Below are positions 47,701-62,700 of a stretch of DNA of 64,000 bases, piece after piece; the first letter of the stretch is position 1; each line of letters starts with the position of its first letter. The notes under the pieces were generated by a model. That model had not been told where the DNA came from. It was given only the letters and a program-made list of their open reading frames with translations, and searched no databases. The stretch is taken from the NCBI GenBank assembly GCA_964035545.1, contig OZ037767.1:18134259-18198258 (forward strand). The letters are read 5' to 3'. This DNA is from Bugula neritina (taxonomy: Eukaryota > Animalia > Bryozoa). A program made the translations under genes and the position numbers.

Positions 47701-50700
47701 ATACACTGTAATATACTGAATTACACTGCAACATACTGCAACATACTGAAATACGCTGTAACATATTGAAATACACTGCAACACATTGAAATATACTGTA
47801 ACTCACTGAAATATAGTGTAATATACGGAAATGTACTGTAACATACTGGAATATACTATAACACACTGAAATACACTGTAACATACTGCAACATTCTAAA
47901 ATACACTGTAACATATCGAAATACACTGCCACACACTGTAATATACTGCAACATACCGAAATCAATGGTAAACTACTGAAATATACTGTAACACAATGAA
48001 AAACACTGCAACATACTGAACTATACTGCAAGATACTGCAACATACTGAAATACACTGTAACATACTGAACCACACTGCAACATACTGCATTATACTGAC
48101 ATACGCTGTAACATATTGAAATACACTGCAACGCTTTGAAATATACTGTAACTCACTGAAATATACTGCAACATACTGAAATACACTGTAACATACTGAA
48201 GTATACTGCATCATACTGAAATAAACTGCTACATACTGAAATATACTTCAAGATACTGCAACAAACTGAAATACACTGTAACATACTGAAACACACTGCA
48301 ACATACTGCATTATACTGACATACACTGGAACATATTGAAATATTTTGCAACAAATTGAAGTATACTGCAACACACTGAAACATACGGCAACATACTGAA
48401 ATATACTGCGACACATTGAAATATACTGCAACATACTGAAATACACTGTATCATACTGAAATATACTGCAACACACTGAAGTGTACTGTAATATACAGAC
48501 ATGTACTGCAACAAACTGAAACATACGTCAACATACTAAAATGTACTGCAACATACTGAGATACACTGTAATATACTGAAATATACTGCAACCTACTGCA
48601 ACATACTGACATACGCTGTAACATATTGAAATACAGTGCAACACATTGAAATATACTCTAACTAACTGAAATATAGTGTAATATACGGAAATGTACTGTG
48701 ACATACTGGAATATACTGTAACACAATGAAATATACTTCAACATACTGAAATACGCTGTAACATACTGAAATATACTGCAACCTACTGCAACATACTGAA
48801 ATACACTGTAACATACTGAAATACACTGCAACATACTACAACATACTGAAATACACTGTAACATATTGAAATACACTGCAACACACTGAAATATACTGCA
48901 ACATACCGAAATATATGGTAAACTACTGAAAAATACTGTAACACATTGAAAAATACTGCAACATACTGAAATATACTGTAACACACTGAAATATACTGCA
49001 ACATACTGAAATACACTGTAACATACTGAAATATACTGCAACATACTGAAATACGCTGCTACATACTGAAATATACTGCAAAATACTGCAACATACTGAA
49101 ATACACTGTAACATACTGAAATACACTGCAACATACTGCATTATACTGACATCTACTGGGACATATGGAATTACACTGCAACAAATTGAAGTACACTGCG
49201 ATGCACTGAAACATCTGGCAATATACTGAAACGTACTGCGACACATTGATATATACTGCAACATACTGAAATATGCTGTAGCGTACTGAAATTCACTGCA
49301 ACACACTGAAGTATACTGTAATATACAGAAATGTAATGTAACAAACTGAAATATACGTCAACATACTGAAATGTACTGCAACATACTGAAATACACTGTA
49401 ATATACTGAATTACACTGCAACATACTGCAACATACTGAAATACGCTGTAACATATTGAAATACACTGTAACACATGAAATATACTGTAACTCACTGAAA
49501 TATAGTTTAATATAGGTAAATGTACTGCAACATACTGGAATATACGGCAACATACGTAAATATACTGCGACAGATTGAAATATACTGCAACATACTGAAA
49601 TTTAATGCAAGATACTGCAATATACTGAAATACACCGTGACATACTGAGATACATTGCAACATACTGCAACATACTGCAACATACTGAAATACACTGTAA
49701 CATATTGAAATACACTGCAACACATTGAAATCTACTGCATCATACTGCAACATACTGAAATACGCTGTAAAATACTGAGATACACTGCAACAAACTGAAT
49801 TATACTGACATACACTGGAACATATTGAAATATACTGCAACAAATTGAAGTATACTGCAACACACTGAAACATACGGCAACATGCTGAAATATACTGCGA
49901 CACATTGAAATATACTGCAACATACTGAAATACACTGTATCATACTGAAATAAACTGCAACACACTGAAGTGTACTGTAATATACAGACATGTACTGTAA
50001 CAAACTGAAACATACGTCAACATACTAAAATGTACTGCAACATACTGAGATACACTGTAATATACTGAAATATACTGCAACCTACTGCAACATACTGACA
50101 TACGCTGTAACATATTGAAATACTTTGCAACACATTGAAATATACTCTAACTCACTGAAATATAGTGTAATATACGGAAATGTACTGTGACATACTGGAA
50201 TATACTGTAACACAAGGAAATATACTTCAACATACTGAAATACGCTGTAACATACTGAAATATACTGCAACCTACTGCAACATACTGAAACACACTGTAA
50301 CATACTGAAATACACTGCAACATACTGAATTATACTGACATACACTGGGACATATTAAAATACACTGCAACAAATTGAAGTATACTGCAACACACTGAAA
50401 CATACGCCGACACACTGAAAAATACTGCGACACATTGAAATATACTGCAACATACTGCAACATACTGAAATACATTGTAACATACTGAAATACACTGCAA
50501 CATACTACAACATACTGAAATACACTGTAACAGATCGAATTACACTGCAACAAATTGAAAGATACTGCAACATACCAAAATATACGATAAACTACTGAAA
50601 TATCCTGTAACACATTGAAATACACTTTAACATATTGAAATATACTGCAACCTACTGCAACATACTGACATACGCTGTAACATATTGAAATACACTGCAA

Positions 50701-53700
50701 CACATTGAAATATACTCTAACTCACTGAAATATAGTGTAATATACGGAAATGTACTGTGACATACTGGAATATACTGTAACACAATGAAATATACGTCAA
50801 CATACTGAAATACGCTGTAACATACTGAAATATACTGCAAACCTACTGCAACATACTGGAATACACTGTAAAATACTGAAATACACTGCAACATACTACA
50901 ACATACTGAGATACACTGTAATATATTGAAATACACTGCAACATACTGCAACATACTGCAACATACTGAAATACACTGTAACATATTGAAATACACTGCA
51001 ACACCTTGAAATATACTGCAATACAGTGAAACATACGGCAACATACTGAAATATACTGCGACACATTGCAATATACTGCAACATACTGAAATATGCTGTA
51101 GCATACTGAAATACACTGCAACACACTGAAGTATACTGTAATAGACAGAAATGTACTGTAACAAACTGAAACATACGTCAACATACTGAAATGTACTGCA
51201 ACATACTGAGATACACTGTAATATACTGAATTACACTGCAACATACTGCAACATACTGAAATACGCTGTAACATATTGAAATACACTGCAACACATTGAA
51301 ATATACTGTAACTCACTGAAATATAGTGTAATATACGGAAATGTACTGTAACATACTGGAATATACTATAACACACTGAAATACACTGTAACATACTGCA
51401 ACATTCTAAAATACACTGTAACATATCGAAATACACTGCCACACACTGTAATATACTGCAACATACCGAAATCAATGGTAAACTACTGAAATATACTGTA
51501 ACACAATGAAAAACACTGCAACATACTGAACTATACTGCAAGATACTGCAACATACTGAAATACACTGTAACATACTGAACCACACTGCAACATACTGCA
51601 TTATACTGACATACGCTGTAACATATTGAAATACACTGCAACGCTTTGAAATATACTGTAACTCACTGAAATATACTGCAACATACTGAAATACACTGTA
51701 ACATACTGAAGTATACTGCATCATACTGAAATAAACTGCTACATACTGAAATATACTTCAAGATACTGCAACAAACTGAAATACACTGTAACATACTGAA
51801 ACACACTGCAACATACTGCATTATACTGACATACACTGGAACATATTGAAATATTTTGCAACAAATTGAAGTATACTGCAACACACTGAAACATACGGCA
51901 ACATACTGAAATATACTGCGACACATTGAAATATACTGCAACATACTGAAATACACTGTATCATACTGAAATAAACTGCAACACACTGAAGTGTACTGTA
52001 ATATACAGACATGTACTGCAACAAACTGAAACATACGTCAACATACTAAAATGTACTGCAACATACTGAGATACACTGTAATATACTGAAATATACTGCA
52101 ACCTACTGCAACATACTGACATACGCTGTAACATATTGAAATACAGTGCAACACATTGAAATATACTCTAACTAACTGAAATATAGTGTAATATACGGAA
52201 ATGTACTGTGACATACTGGAATATACTGTAACACAATGAAATATACTTCAACATACTGAAATACGCTGTAACATACTGAAATATACTGCAACCTACTGCA
52301 ACATACTGAAATACACTGTAACATACTGAAATACACTGCAACATACTACAACATACTGAAATACACTGTAACATATTGAAATACACTGCAACACACTGAA
52401 ATATACTGCAACATACCGAAATATATGGTAAACTACTGAAAAATACTGTAACACATTGAAAAATACTGCAACATACTGAAATATACTGTAACACACTGAA
52501 ATATACTGCAACATACTGAAATACACTGTAACATACTGAAATATACTGCAACATACTGAAATACGCTGCTACATACTGAAATATACTGCAAAATACTGCA
52601 ACATACTGAAATACACTGTAACATACTGAAATACACTGCAACATACTGCATTATACTGACATCTACTGGGACATATGGAATTACACTGCAACAAATTGAA
52701 GTACACTGCGATGCACTGAAACATCTGGCAATATACTGAAACGTACTGCGACACATTGATATATACTGCAACATACTGAAATATGCTGTAGCATACTGAA
52801 ATTCACTGCAACACACTGAAGTATACTGTAATATACAGAAATGTAATGTAACAAACTGAAATATACGTCAACATACTGAAATGTACTGCAACATACTGAA
52901 ATACACTGTAATATACTGAATTACACTGCAACATACTGCAACATACTGAAATACGCTGTAACATATTGAAATACACTGTAACACATGAAATATACTGTAA
53001 CTCACTGAAATATAGTTTAATATAGGTAAATGTACTGCAACATACTGGAATATACGGCAACATACGTAAATATACTGCGACAGATTGAAATATACTGCAA
53101 CATACTGAAATTTAATGCAAGATACTGCAATATACTGAAATACACCGTGACATACTGAGATACATTGCAACATACTGCAACATACTGCAACATACTGAAA
53201 TACACTGTAACATATTGAAATACACTGCAACACATTGAAATCTACTGCATCATACTGCAACATACTGAAATACGCTGTAAAATACTGAGATACACTGCAA
53301 CAAACTGAATTATACTGACATACACTGGAACATATTGAAATATACTGCAACAAATTGAAGTATACTGCAACACACTGAAACATACGGCAACATGCTGAAA
53401 TATACTGCGACACATTGAAATATACTGCAACATACTGAAATACACTGTATCATACTGAAATAAACTGCAACATACTACAACATACTGAAATACACTGTAA
53501 CAGATCGAATTACACTGCAACAAATTGAAATATACTGCAACATACCAAAATATACGATAAACTACTGAAATATCCTGTAACACATTGAAATACACTTTAA
53601 CATATTGAAATATACTGCAACCTACTGCAACATACTGACATACGCTGTAACATATTGAAATACACTGCAACACATTGAAATATACTCTAACTCACTGAAA

Positions 53701-56700
53701 TATAGTGTAATATACGGAAATGTACTGTGACATACTGGAATATACTGTAACACAATGAAATATACGTCAACATACTGAAATACGCTGTAACATACTGAAA
53801 TATACTGCAAACCTACTGCAACATACTGGAATACACTGTAAAATACTGAAATACACTGCAACATACTACAACATACTGAGATACACTGTAATATATTGAA
53901 ATACACTGCAACATACTGCAACATACTGCAACATACTGAAATACACTGTAACATATTGAAATACACTGCAACACCTTGAAATATACTGCAATACAGTGAA
54001 ACATACGGCACTATACTGAAATATACTGCGACACATTGCAAGATACTGCAACATACTGAAATATGCTGTAGCATACCGAAATACACTGCAACACACTGAA
54101 GTATACTGTAATAGACAGAAATGTACTGTAACAAACTGAAACATACGTCAACATACTGAAATGTACTGCAACATACTGAGATACACTGTAATATACTGAA
54201 TTACACTGCAACATACTGCAACATACTGAAATACGCTGTAACATATTGAAATACACTGCAACACATTGAAATATACTGTAACTCACTGAAATATAGTGTA
54301 ATATACGGAAATGTACTGTAACATACTGGAATATACTATAACACACTGAAATACACTGTAACATACTGCAACATTCTAAAATACACTGTAACATATCGAA
54401 ATACACTGCCACACACTGAAATATACTGCAACATACCGAAATCAATGGTAAACTACTGAAATATACTGTAACACAATGAAAAACACTGCAACATACTGAA
54501 CTATACTGCAAGATACTGCAACATACTGAAATACACTGTAACATACTGAACCACACTGCAACATACTGCATTATACTGACATACGCTGTAACATATTGAA
54601 ATACGCTGCAACGCTTTGAAATATACTGTAACTCACTGAAATATACTGCAACATACTGAAATACACTGTAACATACTGAAGTATACTGCATCATACTGAA
54701 ATAAACTGCTACATACTGAAATATACTTCAAGATACTGCAACAAACTGAAATACACTGTAACATACTGAAATACACTGCAACATACTGCATTATACTGAC
54801 ATACACTGGAACATATTGAAATATACTGCAACAAATTGAAGTATACTGCAACACACTGAAACATACGGCAACATACTGAAATATACTGCGACACCTTGAA
54901 ATATACTGCAACATACTGAAATACACTGTATCATACTGAAATAAACTGCAACACACTGAAGTGTACTGTAATATACAGACATGTACTGTAACAAACTGAA
55001 ACATACGTCAACATACTAAAATGTACTGCAACATACTGAGATACACTGTAATATACTGAAATATACTGCAACCTACTGCAACATACTGACATACGCTGTA
55101 ACATATTGAAATACACTGCAACACATTGAAATATACTCTAACTCACTGAAATATAGTGTAATATACGGAAATGTACTGTGACATACTGGAATATACTGTA
55201 ACACAATGAAATATACTTCAACATACTGAAATACGCTGTAACATACTGAAATATACTGCAACCTACTGCAACATACTGAAATACACTGTAACATACTGAA
55301 ATACACTGCAACATACTACAACATACTGAAATACACTGTAACATATTGAAATACACTGCAACACACTGAAATATACTGCAACATACCGAAATATATGGTA
55401 GACTACTGAAAAATACTGTAACACATTGAAAAATACTGCAACATACTGAAATATACTGTAACACACTGAAATATACTGCAACATACTGAAATACACTGTA
55501 ACATACTGAAATACACTGTAACATACTGAAATACACTGCGACATACTACAACATACTGAAATACACTGTAACATATTGAAATACACTGCAATACACTGAA
55601 ACATATTGAAATACACTGCAACACACTGAAATATACTGCAACATACCGAAATAAATGATAAACTACTGAAATATACTGTAACACATTGAAAAATACTGCA
55701 ACATATTGAAATATAGTGTAACACACTGAAATATACTGCAACATACTGAAATACACTGTAACATACTAAAATATACTGCAACATACTGAAATACACTGCT
55801 ACATACTGAAATATACTGCAACATACTGCAACATACTGAAATACACTGTAACATACTGAAATACGCTGAAACATACTGCAACTATTGAAATACACTGCAA
55901 CACATCGAATTATACTGCAACATACCTAAATATACAGTAATATACTGAAATATACTGTAACACATTGAAAAGCACTGCAACATACTGAAATATACTGAAA
56001 GACACTGCTACATACTGAAATATACTGCAACATACCTAAATATACGGTAATATACTAAAATATACTGTAACACATTGAAAAACACTGCAACATACTGAAC
56101 TATACTGCAAGATACTGAAATACACTGTAACATACCGAAATATACTGCAACATACTGCATTATACTGACATACGCTGTAACATATTGAAATACACTGCAA
56201 CACATTGAAATATAATCTAACTCACTAAAATATAGTGTAATATACGGAAATGTACTTTGACATACTGGAATATACTGTAACACAATGAAATATACTTCAT
56301 CATACTGAAATACGCTGGAACATACTGAAATATACTGCAACCTACTGCAACATACTGAAATACACTGTAACATACTGAAATACACTGCAACATACTACAA
56401 CATACTGAATTACACTGTAACATATTGAAATACACTGCAACGCACTGAAATATACTGCAACATACCGAAATATATGGTAAACTACTGAAAAACAATGTAA
56501 AACATTGAAAAATACTGCAACATACTGAAATATACTGTAACACACTGAAATATACTGCAACATACTGAAATACACTGTAACATACCGAAATATACTGCAA
56601 CATACTGAAATACACTGCTACATACCGAAATATACTGCAAAATACTGCAACATACTGAAATACACTGTAATATACTGAAATACACTGCAACACACTACAA

Positions 56701-59700
56701 CATACAGAAATACAGTGTAACATATTGAAATACACTGCAACACAATGATATATACTGCAACATACCGAAATATATGGTAAACTACTGAAATATACTGTAA
56801 CACATTGAAAAATACTGCAACATAAAGAAATATACTGTGACACACTGAAATATACTGCAACATACTGAAATACACTGTAACATACTGAAGTATACTGCAA
56901 CATACTGAAATAGACTGCTACATACTGAAATATACTTCAAGATACTGCAACAAACTGAAATACACTGTAACATACTGAAATACACTGCAACATACTGCAT
57001 TATACTGACATCTACTGGGACATATGGAATTACACTGCAACAAATTGAAGTACACTGCGACGCACTGAAACATACGTCAACATACTAAAATGTACTGCAA
57101 CATACTGAGATACACTGTAATATACTGAAATATACTGCAACCTACTGCAACATACTGACATACGCTGTAACATATTGAAATACAGTGCAACACATTGAAA
57201 TATACTCTAACTAACTGAAATATAGTGTAATATACGGAAATGTACTGTGACATACTGGAATATACTGTAACACAATGAAATATACTTCAACATACTGAAA
57301 TACGCTGTAACATACTGAAATATACTGCAACCTACTGCAACATACTGAAATACACTGTAACATACTGAAATACACTGCAACATACTACAACATACTGAAA
57401 TACACTGTAACATATTGAAATACACTGCAACACACTGAAATATACTGCAACATACCGAAATATATGGTAAACTACTGAAAAATACTGTAACACATTGAAA
57501 AATACTGCAACATACTGAAATATACTGTAACACACTGAAATATACTGCAACATACTGAAATACACTGTAACATACTGAAATATACTGCAACATACTGAAA
57601 TACGCTGCTACATACTGAAATATACTGCAAAATACTGCAACATACTGAAATACACTGTAACATACTGAAATACACTGCAACATACTGCATTATACTGACA
57701 TCTACTGGGACATATGGAATTACACTGCAACAAATTGAAGTACACTGCGATGCGCTGAAACATCTGGCAATATACTGAAACGCACTGCGACACATTGATA
57801 TATACTGCAACATACTGAAATACACTGTAACATACCGAAATATACTGCAACATACTGAAATACACTGCTACATACCGAAATATACTGCAAAATACTGCAA
57901 CATACTGAAATACACTGCAACGCACTGAAATATACTGTAACACACTGAAATATACTGCAACATACTGAAATACACTGTAACATACCGAAATATACTGCAA
58001 CATACTGAAATACACTGCTACATACCGAAATATACTGCAAAATACTGCAACATACTGAAATACACTGTAACATACTGAAATACACTGCAACACACTACAA
58101 CATACAGAAATACAGTGTAACATATTGAAATACACTGCAACACAATGATATATACTGCAACATACCGAAATATATGGTAAACTACTGAAATATACTGTAA
58201 CACATTGAAAAATACTGCAACATAAAGAAATATACTGTGACACACTGAAATATACTGCAACATACTGAAATACACTGTAACATACTGAAGTATACTGCAA
58301 CATACTGAAATAGACTGCTACATACTGAAATATACTTCAAGATACTGCAACAAACTGAAATACACTGTAACATACTGAAATACACTGCAACATACTGCAT
58401 TATACTGACATCTACTGGGACATATGGAATTACACTGCAACAAATTGAAGTACACTGCGACGCACTGAAACATACGTCAACATACTAAAATGTACTGCAA
58501 CATACTGAGATACACCGTAATATACTGAAATATACTGCAACCTACTGCAACATACTGACATACGCTGAAACATATTGAAATACAGTGCAACACATTGAAA
58601 TATACTCTAACTAACTGAAATATAGTGTAATATACGGAAATGTACTGTGACATACTGGAATATACTGTAACACAATGAAATATACTTCAACATACTGAAA
58701 TACGCTGTAACATACTGAAATATACTGCAACCTACTGCAACATACTACAATACACTGTAACATACTGAAATACACTGCAACATACTACAACATACTGAAA
58801 TACACTGTAACATATTGAAATACACTGCAACACACTGAAATATACTGCAACATACCGAAATATATGGTAAACTACTGAAAAATACTGTAACACATTGAAA
58901 AATACTGCAACATACTGAAATATACTGTAACACACTGAAATATACTGCAACATACTGAAATACACTGTAACATACTGAAATATACTGCAACATACTGAAA
59001 TACGCTGCTACATACTGAAATATACTGCAAAATACTGCAACATACTGAAATACACTGTAACATACTGAAATACACTGCAACATACTGCATTATACTGACA
59101 TCTACTGGGACATATGGAATTACACTGCAACAAATTGAAGTACACTGCGATGCACTGAAACATCTGGCAATATACTGAAACGTACTGCGACACATTGATA
59201 TATACTGCAACATACTGAAATATGCTGTAGCGTACTGAAATTCACTGCAACACACTGAAGTATACTGTAATATACAGAAATGTAATGTAACAAACTGAAA
59301 CATACGTCAACATACTGAAATGTACTGCAACATACTGAAATACACTGTAATATACTGAATTACACTGCAACATACTGCAACATACTGAAATACGCTGTAA
59401 CATATTGAAATACACTGCAACGCACTGAAATATACTGCAACATACCGAAATATATGGTAAACTACTGAAAAATAATGTAAAACATTGAAAAATACTGAAA
59501 CATACTGAAATATACTGTAACACACTGAAATATACTGCAACATACTGAAATACACTGTAACATACCGAAATATACTGCAACATACTGAAATACACTGCTA
59601 CATACTGAAATATACTGCAAAATACTGCAACATACTGAAATACACTGTAACATACTGAAATACACTGCAACACACTACAACATACAGAAATACAGTGTAA

Positions 59701-62700
59701 CATATTGAAATACACTGCAACACAATGATATATACTGCAACATGCCGAAATATATGGTAAACTACTGAAATATACTGTAACACATTGAAAAATACTGCAA
59801 CATAAAGCAATATACTGTGACACACTGAAATATACTGCAACATACTGAAATACACTGTAACATACTGAAGTATACTGCAACATACTGAAATAGACTGCTA
59901 CATACTGAAATATACTTCAAGATACTGCAACAAACTGAAATACACTGTAACATACTGAAATACACTGCAACATACTGCATTATACTGACATCTACTGGGA
60001 CATATGGAATTACACTGCAACAAATTGAAGTACACTGCGACGCACTGAAACATACGTCAACATACTAAAATGTACTGCAACATACTGAGATACACTGTAA
60101 TATACTGAAATATACTGCAACCTACTGCAACATACTGACATACGCTGTAACATATTGAAATACAGTGCAACACATTGAAATATACTCTAACTAACTGAAA
60201 TATAGTGTAATATACGGAAATGTACTGTGACATACTGGAATATACTGTAACACAATGAAATATACTTCAACATACTGAAATACGCTGTAACATACTGAAA
60301 TATACTGCAACCTACTGCAACATACTGAAATACACTGTAACATACTGAAATACACTGCAACATACTACAACATACTGAAATACACTGTAACATATTGAAA
60401 TACACTGCAACACACTGAAATATACTGCAACATACCGAAATATATGGTAAACTACTGAAAAATACTGTAACACATTGAAAAATACTGCAACATACTGAAA
60501 TATACTGTAACACACTGAAATATACTGCAACATACTGAAATACACTGTAACATACTGAAATATACTGCAACATACTGAAATACGCTGCTACATACTGAAA
60601 TATACTGCAAAATACTGCAACATACTGAAATACACTGTAACATACTGAAATACACTGCAACATACTGCATTATACTGACATCTACTGGGACATACTGAAA
60701 TACACTGCAACAAATTGAAGTATACTGCAACACACTGAAACATACGGCAACATGCTGAAATATACTGCGACACATTGAAATATACTGCAACATACTGAAA
60801 TACACTGTATCATACTGAAATAAACTGCAACACACTGAAGTGTACTGTAATATACAGAGATGTACTGTAACAAACTGAAACATACGTCAACATACTAAAA
60901 TGTACTGCAACATACTGAGATACACTGTAATATACTGAAATATACTGCAACCTACTGCAACATACTGACATACGCTGTAACATATTGAAATACTTTGCAA
61001 CACATTGAAATATACTCTAACTCACTGAAATATAGTGTAATATACGGAAATGTACTGTGACATACTGGAATATACTGTAACACAATGAAATATACTTCAA
61101 CATACTGAAATACGCTGTAACATACTGAAATATACTGCAACCTACTGCAACATACTGAAACACACTGTAACATACTGAAATACACTGCAACATACTGAAT
61201 TATACTGACATACACTGGGACATATTGAAATACACTGCAACAAAATGAAGTATACTGCAACACACTGAAACATACGCCGACACACTGAAAAATACTGCGA
61301 CACATTGAAATATACTGCAACATACTGCAACATACTGAAATACATTGTAACATACTGAAATACACTGCAACATACTACAACATACTGAAATACACTGTAA
61401 CAGATCGAATTACACTGCAACAAATTGAAATATACTGCAACATACCAAAATATACGATAAACTACTGAAATATCCTGTAACACATTGAAATACACTTTAA
61501 CATACTGAAATATACTGCAACCTACTGCAACATACTGACATACGCTGTAACATATTGAAATACACTGCAACACATTGAAATATACTCTAACTCACTGAAA
61601 TATAGTGTAATATACGGAAATGTACTGTGACATACTGGAATATACTGTAACAACAATGAAATATACGTCAACATACTGAAATACGCTGTAACATACTGAA
61701 ATATACTGCAACCTACTGCAACATACTGGAATACACTGTAAAATACTGAAATACACTGCAACACCTTGAAATATACTGCAATACAGTGAAACATACGGCA
61801 ACATACTGAAATATACTGCGACACATTGCAATATACTGCAACATACTGAAATATGCTGTAGCATACTGAAATACACTGCAACACACTGAAGTATACTGTA
61901 ATAGACAGAAATGTACTGTAACAAACTGAAACATACGTCAACATACTGAAATGTACTGCAACATACTGAGATACACTGTAATATACTGAATTACACTGCA
62001 ACATACTGCAACATACTGAAATACGCTGTAACATATTGAAATACACTGCAACACATTGAAATATACTGTAACTCACTGAAATATAGTGTAATATACGGAA
62101 ATGTACTGTAACATACTGGAATATACTATAACACACTGAAATACACTGTAACATACTGCAACATTCTAAAATACACTGTAACATATCGAAATACACTGCC
62201 ACACACTGTAATATACTGCAACATACCGAAATCAATGGTAAACTACTGAAATATACTGTAACACAATGAAAAACACTGCAACATACTGAACTATACTGCA
62301 AGATACTGCAACATACTGAAATACACTGTAACATACTGAACCACACTGCAACATACTGCATTATACTGACATACGCTGTAACATATTGAAATACACTGCA
62401 ACGCTTTGAAATATACTGTAACTCACTGAAATATACTGCAACATACTGAAATACACTGTAACATACTGAAGTATACTGCATCATACTGAAATAAACTGCT
62501 ACATACTGAAATATACTTCAAGATACTGCAACAAACTGAAATACACTGTAACATACTGAAACACACTGCAACATACTGCATTATACTGACATACACTGGA
62601 ACATATTGAAATATTTTGCAACAAATTGAAGTATACTGCAACACACTGAAACATACGGCAACATACTGAAATATACTGCGACACATTGAAATATACTGCA

